NCBI RefSeq assembly: GCF_001194135.2
Contig: NC_068985.1
Span: 68,036,039-68,069,054, forward strand
Direction of reading: 5' to 3'
Origin: Octopus bimaculoides
Lineage: Eukaryota
DNA length: 33,016 nucleotides
Position 1 is the stretch's first letter. Each line of letters opens with the position of its first letter. Shown one piece after another: positions 11,370 to 23,262 of this stretch. The position numbers and the translations under genes were made by a program. The notes below the pieces were generated by a model. The model was not told where the DNA came from. It ran no database searches and saw nothing but the letters and a program-made list of their open reading frames with translations.

Positions 11370-11610
11370 TAGTACACACACATTCGTATACATGGATGTA
11401 GTAACATGCACAAGGATACGATTTAAGGGAAATGTCACGGTGGCATACAAAAGCACGAAAGTAAACACCAATCACATGAACAATCCCAAATACACAGACT
11501 TACGACTATGATATACAAGAACACACGTCTTATAACCCCTTCCATCACAGCCTCGTGTGACAACCGACCAAACCAAGCTAAACTACACATTCCAGGATTC
11601 GCAAGCATTT
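11370..11610 (+). pseudogene. Possible very decayed GIY-YIG endonuclease half-domain
   Basis: YMDVVTCTRIRFKGN resembles YIGxTxxxLRxRFxEH; KLHIPGF about 70 codons later resembles KLxTxxPxGxN. The similarity is weak. Confidence 0.2.
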
Positions 11611-12190
11611 AAACACTATACATTCCTACATACTTGTACATACATACTCGATCCACAATGACACAGTGACATTGAAACACATATACATTTAAATGACTTG
11701 CCACCACACGGGCAGTCGCAATATGCACACATACTATAAAAGTGGTCGCCGACGTATAGTTACTGCCCTTGTTTCTCTTACACATAGGGAACCTCCTTTC
11801 TTCCTCTCTTGCTCCTGGTCTTTTAACGTCCGACTATTTTCAAAGTAATCTGATCAGACACAAACTAACACGCATTTCTCCGTTGCTCACATATATAGGA
11901 AAGGTCTGAAATTTTCATTGGTTGTAAGCATATGCATAAATATATTTTGAAGAATTGGAAAATTCCGCCTATTCCTGATTAACTTGTTGATATCTTTTCA
12001 GCTTGATAATTTAAGGTCTAAGTAGGACAACACTTTCATTTCTTTTACTTTTTACTATTTACTTTTTGCATTCTAGGTTTTGTGATTTCATTTCCCCTTT
12101 TTTATCCTCCCACGTTTTTCTCTATGTTACCTTCTCAGTTCTTTCGCGTTTCTTCGCTTATTCATTTCTTTTAGCCCGTTATGATAGGCA

Positions 12191-12254
12191 GTTTGTACCT
12201 GAGGAATATGTTTGAGATATTTCTCAACATATGAAACGATCAGTAGTACTTAAC
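12191..12254 (+). ncRNA. Type I hammerhead ribozyme
   Basis: Stem I GTAC(12195-98)/GTAC(12246-49), extended by GTT/AAC across a T/TT internal loop. Core CTGAGGA 12199-12205. Stem II 12206-12232 has 11 bp, one bulge and a TATT loop. GAAA 12233-36. Stem III AC/GT with loop GATCA. GUA cleavage triplet 12243-45. Confidence 0.75.
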
Positions 12255-12283
12255 GACATGTATTGTGTCCTTTTAATAACATG

Positions 12284-12295
12284 TATGTGTGTGTG

Positions 12296-12337
<42 letters not shown>

Positions 12338-12356
12338 TGTGTGTGTGTGTGTGTGT
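12284..12356. repeat. (TG)n microsatellite
   Basis: Direct reading. Confidence 0.95.
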
Positions 12357-12764
12357 TACTATCTCTACTTAAGAATATCTATTTTTCCTGAAGATCTTAC
12401 TTTGCCTTCTGCGTAGTAATTTGTGTTAGTAATTTAGCATATAAGCTTGATTCTGCCCCAAACAATTAAAAGATTCTCGTAGTCTCATACAGGAACCTAT
12501 CATGTCAGGCCCAAGCAGTGTAATGGAGAGATGCTGGAAGTTCAAGATGGCCAGTGTAATAGTGTTGAATAGAATTGAATTTTAGCGACATCAAATCCAT
12601 CATAATAAAAGGGATTTCTTATGTGTATCAGTGTGTCTCCTCGAGCGCACGAATAACTGTGGATTAGTGTCTGCCATGTACACAGCTGACACACATTCTT
12701 ATGTATATTTGTGCACACAAATATACATGCTCACAAATATACGTAGTCACATAGATCTAATACG

Positions 12765-12983
12765 CATCCATACACACACACACCCTAGAAAACACATACA
12801 TATGCACACTCGAACTGATGACACCAGCGTACACACAAAAGCATCCCTTCACACACGTACATAATAGTACACTATATACGCATAAAATACTCACTTCTAC
12901 GCACTTATATAGCTCTCTCTCTCTCTTACACACATACACACACGCATACACACACATACACGCATTCACACACATACACTCAC
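12765..12983. repeat. Degenerate (CA)/(TA)/(CT) low-complexity tract
   Basis: Direct reading; it explains the His/Thr- and Cys/Val-rich ORFs here. Confidence 0.8.
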
Positions 12984-15324
12984 CATCCATCTGTTTGATG
13001 TCACTTGGGTTCTTTCGAAGACCATCCAAACAGCGAGACTCCACCAGCTTCCTGTCCAGATTCACGGTTCAAGAAATTCAGATTGAGATCTTATTTTGTT
13101 GTCACAGTGTGTTTGCTTGAGCATATGTCTGTATGTGTGTGTGTGTTTGTGCATGTGTTTGAGTGTGCGTCCGCGCGCGCGTTTGTGCATGAGTTTGTGA
13201 GTGTGGGCGCACGAGTATGTGAGTGTGTGTGTGAGTGTAAAAGAAGGAATCCAATAGCGTTTAAGAATGAATGGTTACTAGGTGTCCCAGACTAGGGTGT
13301 CGAAGACTGAAATTATTTCTAAAATAATATATTATTTTGAGTCGAATATGTTCGATATCAATTTTTAAAATAATTTTGACTGTTTTCCATTGAGCAAATT
13401 ACAATATTACTTGTCAAAATATTTAGCTCCATTTTGTTTTAACTAACCCGACATGAAGACTACATCTCAAAGTTGATTAAATAATTGATCAAAATATACT
13501 TTCACTTCACTTGAATTTACTATACAATGCACAGCGTAAATGGAGATAACTTGTAAATGAAGATAACAGTAAAAAGGTAAAATAGAAAATATGTTAAAAG
13601 TTTTACATCAACATATTTGAAGTTGAATTGAATTTATGAAGTGACACATTGGTTTGTTCTGTCTTTATTCAACGCGACAGAAAAAAATATTTCATGCTGG
13701 TAAATTCTTTTACTTATGAAACATTCTTCGTATCGGTTGCAGGTTATTGATTCTTAGAAAAATGTCTTTTTATGTTGTAAGTGTTGTGCCTCTTCTGTTT
13801 GCAATCATCGTAATACTTGATTCAGACATCTATAGATACCAGAGCGTATACTTTTCCAAGTAATATAGATAATTGAATGTATCACTACATTTTCTTAAAC
13901 GAGCAGTATGTAACAACGGTATGCAACATACTTTAATAAGACTGGATGTGTTAAACACATAATATGTATACACACCTCAGAGATCTCTAATGAAAAATGT
14001 AAACAGGGTCACAATTCAAAGAAAACATAGAATTCACTGCCACAAAGGAAAGAAACAGAGATCAGAGGAAAATATAGATAATGCAATTCGTAAAAGAGAC
14101 GAAAACTGTAGCAATAGTAAATAAAGAAATCATAGACGCATACATGGTTGAACAAATTTGTACATACGCCTAAGCATTAATATGAAAATAGATAACTTTT
14201 ATATTATTCTGACATGTTGGTTATATAATTTTGACCCGTCTGAATATTTTCCAGAAATCGATAGTATTTATTTACCATGAAGATTGTATGGACATTCTCA
14301 AACTGACTCTAATCTCACGGTGAAACAATTCACTCACTAGTAAAAGTCCATCTATTCTTCTGACTTAATCTCCATAAATGAATACAAGTTATAAATGCGG
14401 GTACGAGGTTGTTATCAATGCCATTGATTTATCGTCGCTACTCACGTTTCTGCACACAAACATATACCAATCAAGTTTTACCGACCACAACATATTATCT
14501 TCGAGGTGTTTACTTTAGACATTTCTTTTTTAACTTTTGCATTACTTTTAGCTGAATAGACGTCCTATTTATCATGTATTTTAGTCATATTTTTGTTGTT
14601 CTTGATGCAACAGTGTTTATTATATTAACTTCTCTCAAAAGGCATTTGGTTTTAATATTCCGTCTGTTGAGGTACTTGTAAATGTTATTAGTGTAGGAGA
14701 TCTTAAGTAAATACTGTTCTTTGTTTATGCTTTTATTACTTCAGCATTAGTTTTGATTTATTGCTACTATATCGTTGTTTTCAAAATGTTCCAGAATGTT
14801 GGTCAATCATGTTCTTCCACTCTTCGTCAATCACTTAGTCACTGACCTTTAGCTTTTCCTGAAATAATAGCGATTAATATTTTTTCTTTTAATCGTATCA
14901 TTTTTTGAGAGAAGAAAATATTGATTGCTTTTTTGTTTTCCGCTCTATTTTCGATGTTTTTCATTTGTTGTTAATTTCATTACGACAGTCACAATTTATT
15001 TAGAAAAGTGTTTATTTATAGTTACAAATTCATCAGAGAATGCCTCATAACTTTTCAAAATATCAGTTTAAATTATATCACATTCTACTTTTATATAATC
15101 GGAGGCTTTCTCATAGAGCTACAGCTACGCGTTTCATATGTCCTCTTATTTCCGGGTAAAATATCTTTTCCTTAATGGCTTGTTAATTCCGGAAAATTGT
15201 TGGTTAAACTAGATGATCTTAAGCAGAGTCGGTCTTAATTATCGCTTGGTGTTGTTTACTTCCTCTCGAAGTGAAGGTAAATTAAGAAAAAGAAGAACAA
15301 AAAAACAAGCAAACAAGAACTTAC

Positions 15325-15514
15325 TTTATGTTTGTAGTTTGTACAGTTTCCTTGTCTTTGTTATCCAAAGAGATGCCAGACATCAAATGAATATCGTGAG
15401 ATTGAAACAGCTGTTTTGCATGTATCGTTTGCATGATTTTGTCAAAGAAACGCGTAGATATAAACGGGTTCTTGATACATTTCGTATTTTCAAATATACT
15501 CAAAGAATATATAA
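15325..15514 (-). other. Candidate internal exon of an unidentified gene (190 nt)
   Basis: Acceptor CCTGTTTTCAG|, donor AA|GTAAGT, one open frame (IYSLSIFENTKCIKNPFISTRFFDKIMQTIHAKQLFQSHDIHLMSGISLDNKDKETVQTTNI). No recognisable homology. Confidence 0.3.
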
Positions 15515-16629
15515 CTGAAAACAGGCTAGGATTACCAGCCAAAAATGGACATTCAGATTCTATATAGCTATGATCAACCTGGGTTTTTACAAAGTGTAAT
15601 CTATCTTCTCAGCTTGTTAATCATTTGGATTCACACTTCTGCAGTAAAATGTATCAAATAAAAGGGGTAACAATTTTGATTTTATACGCATACAATACTG
15701 GTTTGAATTGTTTTGCTGTTGGTGTTGTTTAATTGTTATGCAACCACAGGTTAGCTTCCATTATTTAGCAGGTGTTTGATGAAAGTTCTTTCAGTTGAAA
15801 CCATCTTGATATCTATTGCGTGATGGACTACATATGTCCTTTCTTATAAAACTGTGGCTTATTTAGTGCCTGTTTACAGGCATGTATGTGGGAAATTGTA
15901 TTCTTGCGAGAGTGTATAAGAGACCGCGCAGTCAAAGAGAGGCTGGAAGTAGATCAAGCAGCCTCTTCATGAAAGGCCTTCCAATCGTGACAATATTGCT
16001 GTTGCGGTCATTAAGGATAACATACAAATGCAGTCATTGACGTTCAGGGATTTAGAAAAACAAAAATTATTTTAAGTTTAAATAAAATGTTAAATGTTAC
16101 TTAGTAATATACTAAACTGCTGTTTCTAGCAACGCAAGTGAAGACTGAAGAAGGATACAACATCTACATTGTTACGTCGGCAAATGGATTTCGTCACTTT
16201 CTTTTACAGACATTGCTTTATAGAAATGTTTCTAGTGGCTAAAGCGAACAGATAACTGCAATCCTTACTCAGATAGAACATCATTCCACCTGGTGATCTA
16301 CAACCATACACGCGCACACGCGGATTTGTTTATGGAAAAAATATTATGAAACTGAGAAATCTTTTTCTAGACAATGTACTGAAAGGTTCACTATTCTCAG
16401 GTGTTTGTGCCCTTTCATGATCACGAATAATTAATGTTCCTGGTCATTTGTTAGCTAGTCACTGAAAAATGTTTGTTTCATTCATCCGTTCGATAGTTTT
16501 TTTTAATTTTGGGTGGGGTGGGGCAACGTAAAGGTATTTAAAAACTGTCCTCGGCACTCTTTATGAGGATCATGTGTGTATGTTTATGAGTGTTAGTGTG
16601 TGTGTGTGTGTGTGTATGTTTATGAGTGT

Positions 16630-16876
16630 NNNNNNNNNNNNNNNNNNNNNNNNNNNNNNNNNNNNNNNNNNNNNNNNNNNNNNNNNNNNNNNNNNNNNNN
16701 NNNNNNNNNNNNNNNNNNNNNNNNNNNNNNNNNNNNNNNNNNNNNNNNNNNNNNNNNNNNNNNNNNNNNNNNNNNNNNNNNNNNNNNNNNNNNNNNNNNN
16801 NNNNNNNNNNNNNNNNNNNNNNNNNNNNNNNNNNNNNNNNNNNNNNNNNNNNNNNNNNNNNNNNNNNNNNNNNNNN
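16630..16876. other. Assembly gap (N run)
   Basis: N characters in the sequence. Confidence 1.
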
Positions 16877-17178
16877 ATGAACAAGATCTTTTGTTACTGC
16901 AGTTCGTTGTGTACGCAATTTGTCCATTTGACTCCGTGCATGATTCGTGGTATATCTGTAAGTCTGTATGCCTGTCTGTAAAGTTAGAGTTTCTATATTT
17001 GTATGTTCTGGTTTATTCTTGTTTCTCTGAAAATCTATGTGCAGGTGGTAAACGCCAGGTTTGCCTTAACTGACATACACCGAAATGTGTTACAACCATG
17101 ACCATACTACCATGCTTATGCGGAACAATATTATCCAGAAATTCCTTCCATTGATTTAGACTATATGATCACCAAAGC

Positions 17179-17262
17179 TTCTACATCTTTTTTCTTTCTT
17201 TCTTTTTCTACATCTTTATTCTTTCTTTTTTTTTCTACATCTTTATTCTTTCTTTTTTTTTT
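17179..17262. repeat. ~28-bp pyrimidine-rich tandem repeat x3 (TTCTACATCTTTATTCTTTCTTTTTT)
   Basis: Direct reading. Confidence 0.85.
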
Positions 17263-17272
17263 CATTTACCAG

Positions 17273-17328
17273 TGCTCTTTGATTGGAGAACATGTTTCTC
17301 TAAAGTTTTCTTACCAGGAAATGAAAAG
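17273..17328 (+). other. Candidate 56-nt exon of an unidentified transcript
   Basis: Long polypyrimidine tract plus TTTACCAG| acceptor, AAG|GTAATG donor, two open frames. Confidence 0.25.
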
Positions 17329-17738
17329 GTAATGTTTGGTGTCTTAATACAATATACATTAGAATTGATACTGTGTTTTGTGTTGATTTTTAGTGGCATT
17401 ATATTAAATTCAGCTATACTATCATAGAGGGAACTGAAATAAATGCATGTCGTCTTTGTTTCCAGCAAATATCTTTCCACAGTTAATGAGATTTACAAAG
17501 TTTAAATTTATGCAATTATGTACTGCTGTTATATGATATAAATGTTGTGTAAGTGGCTTGAGTGAGATTTGAAACCAGATTAAAGTAGTAAAAATGTATA
17601 CCGTATAGAACGTTCAAATGCGTGGTGTCAATATACAAGTATAAAGAAAAAACACAAAACAGAATAATTAATTATGCATTTTCTGCATTTCCTCCCGTGG
17701 GCATGACTTCAACTATTCTACGTATCAATCTGTGTTAC

Positions 17739-17771
<33 letters not shown>

Positions 17772-18570
17772 NNNNNNNNNNNNNNNNNNNNNNNNNNNNN
17801 NNNNNNNNNNNNNNNNNNNNNNNNNNNNNNNNNNNNNNNNNNNNNNNNNNNNNNNNNNNNNNNNNNNNNNNNNNNNNNNNNNNNNNNNNNNNNNNNNNNN
17901 NNNNNNNNNNNNNNNNNNNNNNNNNNNNNNNNNNNNNNNNNNNNNNNNNNNNNNNNNNNNNNNNNNNNNNNNNNNNNNNNNNNNNNNNNNNNNNNNNNNN
18001 NNNNNNNNNNNNNNNNNNNNNNNNNNNNNNNNNNNNNNNNNNNNNNNNNNNNNNNNNNNNNNNNNNNNNNNNNNNNNNNNNNNNNNNNNNNNNNNNNNNN
18101 NNNNNNNNNNNNNNNNNNNNNNNNNNNNNNNNNNNNNNNNNNNNNNNNNNNNNNNNNNNNNNNNNNNNNNNNNNNNNNNNNNNNNNNNNNNNNNNNNNNN
18201 NNNNNNNNNNNNNNNNNNNNNNNNNNNNNNNNNNNNNNNNNNNNNNNNNNNNNNNNNNNNNNNNNNNNNNNNNNNNNNNNNNNNNNNNNNNNNNNNNNNN
18301 NNNNNNNNNNNNNNNNNNNNNNNNNNNNNNNNNNNNNNNNNNNNNNNNNNNNNNNNNNNNNNNNNNNNNNNNNNNNNNNNNNNNNNNNNNNNNNNNNNNN
18401 NNNNNNNNNNNNNNNNNNNNNNNNNNNNNNNNNNNNNNNNNNNNNNNNNNNNNNNNNNNNNNNNNNNNNNNNNNNNNNNNNNNNNNNNNNNNNNNNNNNN
18501 NNNNNNNNNNNNNNNNNNNNNNNNNNNNNNNNNNNNNNNNNNNNNNNNNNNNNNNNNNNNNNNNNNNNNN
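17772..18570. other. Assembly gap (N run) flanked by (TA)n
   Basis: N characters in the sequence. Confidence 1.
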
Positions 18571-18602
<32 letters not shown>

Positions 18603-19218
18603 TACAAACACACAGAGAATAGTTTCGTTAATAAGCAAATACATTTTTAAAATATTTGTTTAATTAACTAATTTAATATACATCTTTTAAAAATTATTCG
18701 CCATCAAAATATAGTGTTTGAATGCAATAAATTTCCGTTTATATATTTTTTCTTCAATTTTCTGTTGATTTCCAATTTATTTCATATACAAATACATCCA
18801 CTTCACTTCCAACTCTCACCAGTAAATTACATGTTTTATTCACATTTCCGACTACACTATGTTCATCATTAAAAATAATTTCGCTCTTATATTTTAATTA
18901 TCTGTCTTATTGTTTGTTGTTTATTTCATCATGTAGAATACATTCTGTTTTGCTTTACCGCAATGAATTTAATTCTTTAGTCCTTGTATTTTATAGTCTG
19001 TCATGGAAATTAATTTTATTACTATCTTTCTCTTTTTTAGTTTCTGTTTATAATTTTGAAGACAACTATAGTTTGATCATGCTAGATGTAATATTTCTGT
19101 ACACCATTTTTAGTGTAGTCATACCAGATATAGTTTAGTATAGTCATACCAGATCAAGCTGTATATATCTCCCATAACTATATATCTACCAGTATGTAAC
19201 ACTATATTTATCATCTAA

Positions 19219-19325
19219 CTTTCTCTCTCTCCTTCCTTCTCTCTCTCTCTCTCTCTCTCTTCCCCCATTGTATACGTGTATGTGTGTGCGTGTGTGTGTG
19301 TTTGTGTGCGCGCGTGTGTGTGCAT
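19219..19325. repeat. (TC)n followed by (TG)n microsatellites
   Basis: Direct reading. Confidence 0.9.
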
Positions 19326-20363
19326 GAATATCTGTATGGATGTACGTATGTATGTCGAGTACTCTTAGTGCTACTGGTAAAATATAACCCCGTACAGCCT
19401 GTCTTATGGTTTGAACGTCGGCAACTCAACCGGAAACTCTAAAAAGCCTTCTTGATAATGAAGGTGGCTGTCACTGGACGAAAACACAAAACTTATCACA
19501 GAACAAATAAGCTCAATGAAGTCAAAGAGCAGCAAGTGTGAGATCCTGTTTTCTGTTGTTTAGACCTCTCTAGTAAAAGAAAATCTTTGACATAACATTT
19601 GTTATCTCACATGCGTCCAATAGTGTAGGGTATACTTTTTTTCCTTGGAGGCGAGGCATTGCAAATTATTACGATGTTTAGAGAGTGATACGAGGCCTCT
19701 CTTCACTTCAAATATTTTGTTGCACAGACATCGCTTGATTCGTATCATCTCTATATGTTTCATACTATGGCTGCCCGTACTCGAAAAATCAAAACACTGA
19801 TTGGTAATAGCGGAATAAGATACCATAAGGGATGAAGAAAAAATAGATCCATAATCTATAGAGAAGTAGCATAGAGTATACGAGTAAGAGGGAAAAAATG
19901 AGTAAGAGGAATAGGATAATGAAGGTTGTTATCAAAGTGGAAAATATGAATTCCAATGTAAACGCTAAATGCTTGTGATTGTGTGGTTTTATTCACGAAG
20001 AGTAGGTAATTCCTAGTTTTGCAAGAGGCTTTTTATGAAGTGTCTGTGATACTCGAATTCTCATGCCCTGGTTATATGGATACCCGAATTTGTTTTCCTT
20101 TGACATGCGCTAATCACGTGGTGGTCTTTAAATTGCTAGACGTAGTCATCTAATGTTAATATTTTCATTTTCCCGAATAAGTCTACAAAAGGATAAACAG
20201 TGATATAATCATCACTCAAGTTTTGATTCTCTCGTACCTACTTTCAGATTATTTTTTTCCCTGTTAAGTTCCTTGTAGGTGACATCTTACAAATCCTACC
20301 GTCTTAATAAAGAGTGTATTTAGTAGACATGTGTTTATGTTGTTGTTTTTTTTTCTTTTTTTT

Positions 20364-20472
20364 TTTGCCTTTCATCCTTTCAGGGTCAGAAAAATAAGTA
20401 CCAGTTGAACACTGGGGTCGATGTAATGGAATTATCCCCCGAAATTGCCGGTCTTGTGCTCATGTTTGGAAT
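20364..20472 (+). mobile_element. SINE family A, 5'-truncated
   Basis: TTTGCCTTTCATCCTTTCAGGGTCAGAAAAATAAGTACCAGTTGAACACTGGGGTCGATGTAAT...CCCCGAAATTGCCGG matches 4921-5033. Confidence 0.8.
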
Positions 20473-21086
20473 CAGTATTAGTGCTATATATGCAAGCTTT
20501 TAATTAGATTGTAACAAAATATGTCGATTGTGTTTAAATTAGAGTCTTTAGTTATTTTATGGTTTAAAGTTTAAAAGATATAAGAGACATTCTTTCTTAA
20601 TTTGCATACATCGTTATCATTAATGTATTTTTCTGTGGCTGGCTCAGAAAAATGTGTATGGTAGATCCTATTGTAGAAACTATCTAACAAAAACGCATCT
20701 ACGTTGTATAATCAGTAAAATGCGCTGTAATACAAATCTAAACCTGCGTCAGAGAAGCTTTTGTATTATATTATCTGTCTGGTCGGATTCGTTATCCAAA
20801 TGCTTTCTATAGCACTACCACCTATTCTGCTGTTGCTTTTTAAAAATTAACAGTTGCAGCATAGAGAAATAAGAGTTAAAATATTTGAATTGAGTAAATT
20901 CATATGTGCGTATCTTAACCGATTTCTGAACTAACTAACGGTATCGTTACTATTGTTTCAGTAATGGCAATGTATTTGTCTTCCTTATATTAGTCTTCAT
21001 TCTTTTAGGAGCATTTCACTAACTTATCCTATTTTGATTTTGATGAAATTATTTTCATATTGTTACGTTGTTAAAATTTCCGGTTA

Positions 21087-21128
<42 letters not shown>

Positions 21129-21135
21129 CGCGCGC

Positions 21136-21170
<35 letters not shown>

Positions 21171-21190
21171 TGTGAGAGAGAGAGAGAAAG
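21087..21190. repeat. (TG/CG)n followed by (GA)n microsatellite
   Basis: Direct reading. Confidence 0.95.
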
Positions 21191-22271
21191 AGTTTGCATG
21201 TAGTTTCAAAGATTTGCTCTAATGAAGGCTTCCATAATTATTTTGTCGAATATCTCTTTATGAAGTGAGTAATTTTTATTTGTTACATTTGTAATTTTTT
21301 GGGGTAAAAACAGTGCTCTATTAGGTATTTTGTTCCTTCATGTTTTGTATAAATTCTAAAAGTAGTGATGCACTGACAGAAATTAGATCTTTGTCATATA
21401 ATTGAGTATGTGAAATATAAAGGTTCCTAAATGATTTTTTATCGGAGGGTAGTTCTGCGTTTCGACACCATAATTTTACAATGTTATTGCACAGAAATCG
21501 GAATCAAAGGAAGTTGGTGCCCACCACATACAGTATAATAAGCTTTCTGCTATCTTATGTACTGTTTTTGTTTTTCACTTGAAAGCGTCAGATTTCTTTT
21601 GTGGAGTAGGGTACATAGCATAAATCAATATCCAGAAAATATATTTATTTCAACTCATTTATTTATTTATTTATTTGTTCCGCATATTCGGCGTGGTTGA
21701 CTCTATTGAGCTTCTATATAAGTTCATTGAAAGAATATCTTGTTGGATGAAACTGTATATTGTTCATATATTACAAACAGTTGAAATGATGTCTCGAAAT
21801 TATATGTTGTGACACTTTATTATAAAAATACCTCGAATAAACAATCCGCGTTTCATACACACACACATACACATAGAGGGCAAGAGGGAGTGATAGAGGG
21901 CGAGATAGAAAGACATAGGTAGACGGACAGATATATATATACGGAAAAATTTGGATAAGTACTGTTTTCACTTTGCTAAAGATTTTCTACTATTTGAAAA
22001 TAATATGTATTCTTGTTTTTATACTATTCATTTGGTTCTTTATAGATTATTTTAATAGATAACTTATTTAACACTATATTATTTAGGAGTTATAGTTTCA
22101 TTTCAACATAATATTAGAACTTCGATTGGAATAGTGTTGATATATTTTCGATTATTTTTGATTAATATTATTTGATTAATTATTAATCTTTATAGTTTAT
22201 AATATCGTTAAAGTTTTTTTTAAATCAAAACTTTGTATATATATATAAAGTTTAACCTTTTATTCTTAATA

Positions 22272-23228
22272 NNNNNNNNNNNNNNNNNNNNNNNNNNNNN
22301 NNNNNNNNNNNNNNNNNNNNNNNNNNNNNNNNNNNNNNNNNNNNNNNNNNNNNNNNNNNNNNNNNNNNNNNNNNNNNNNNNNNNNNNNNNNNNNNNNNNN
22401 NNNNNNNNNNNNNNNNNNNNNNNNNNNNNNNNNNNNNNNNNNNNNNNNNNNNNNNNNNNNNNNNNNNNNNNNNNNNNNNNNNNNNNNNNNNNNNNNNNNN
22501 NNNNNNNNNNNNNNNNNNNNNNNNNNNNNNNNNNNNNNNNNNNNNNNNNNNNNNNNNNNNNNNNNNNNNNNNNNNNNNNNNNNNNNNNNNNNNNNNNNNN
22601 NNNNNNNNNNNNNNNNNNNNNNNNNNNNNNNNNNNNNNNNNNNNNNNNNNNNNNNNNNNNNNNNNNNNNNNNNNNNNNNNNNNNNNNNNNNNNNNNNNNN
22701 NNNNNNNNNNNNNNNNNNNNNNNNNNNNNNNNNNNNNNNNNNNNNNNNNNNNNNNNNNNNNNNNNNNNNNNNNNNNNNNNNNNNNNNNNNNNNNNNNNNN
22801 NNNNNNNNNNNNNNNNNNNNNNNNNNNNNNNNNNNNNNNNNNNNNNNNNNNNNNNNNNNNNNNNNNNNNNNNNNNNNNNNNNNNNNNNNNNNNNNNNNNN
22901 NNNNNNNNNNNNNNNNNNNNNNNNNNNNNNNNNNNNNNNNNNNNNNNNNNNNNNNNNNNNNNNNNNNNNNNNNNNNNNNNNNNNNNNNNNNNNNNNNNNN
23001 NNNNNNNNNNNNNNNNNNNNNNNNNNNNNNNNNNNNNNNNNNNNNNNNNNNNNNNNNNNNNNNNNNNNNNNNNNNNNNNNNNNNNNNNNNNNNNNNNNNN
23101 NNNNNNNNNNNNNNNNNNNNNNNNNNNNNNNNNNNNNNNNNNNNNNNNNNNNNNNNNNNNNNNNNNNNNNNNNNNNNNNNNNNNNNNNNNNNNNNNNNNN
23201 NNNNNNNNNNNNNNNNNNNNNNNNNNNN
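22272..23228. other. Assembly gap (N run) followed by (TA)n
   Basis: N characters in the sequence. Confidence 1.

Positions 23229-23262
<34 letters not shown>

Noticed and set aside
17045-17185. Frame VVNARFALTDIHRNVLQP*PYYHAYAEQYYPEIPSIDLDY with a single in-frame TGA (selenocysteine or readthrough idea)
   Set aside because: No homology, no SECIS-like element recognised and no evidence of transcription; a lone TGA in a short frame is expected by chance.
21087-21190. Alternating purine-pyrimidine and (GA)n tracts (Z-DNA/H-DNA potential; also 29790-29840)
   Set aside because: Such tracts are ubiquitous throughout this window, and nothing indicates a specific function.
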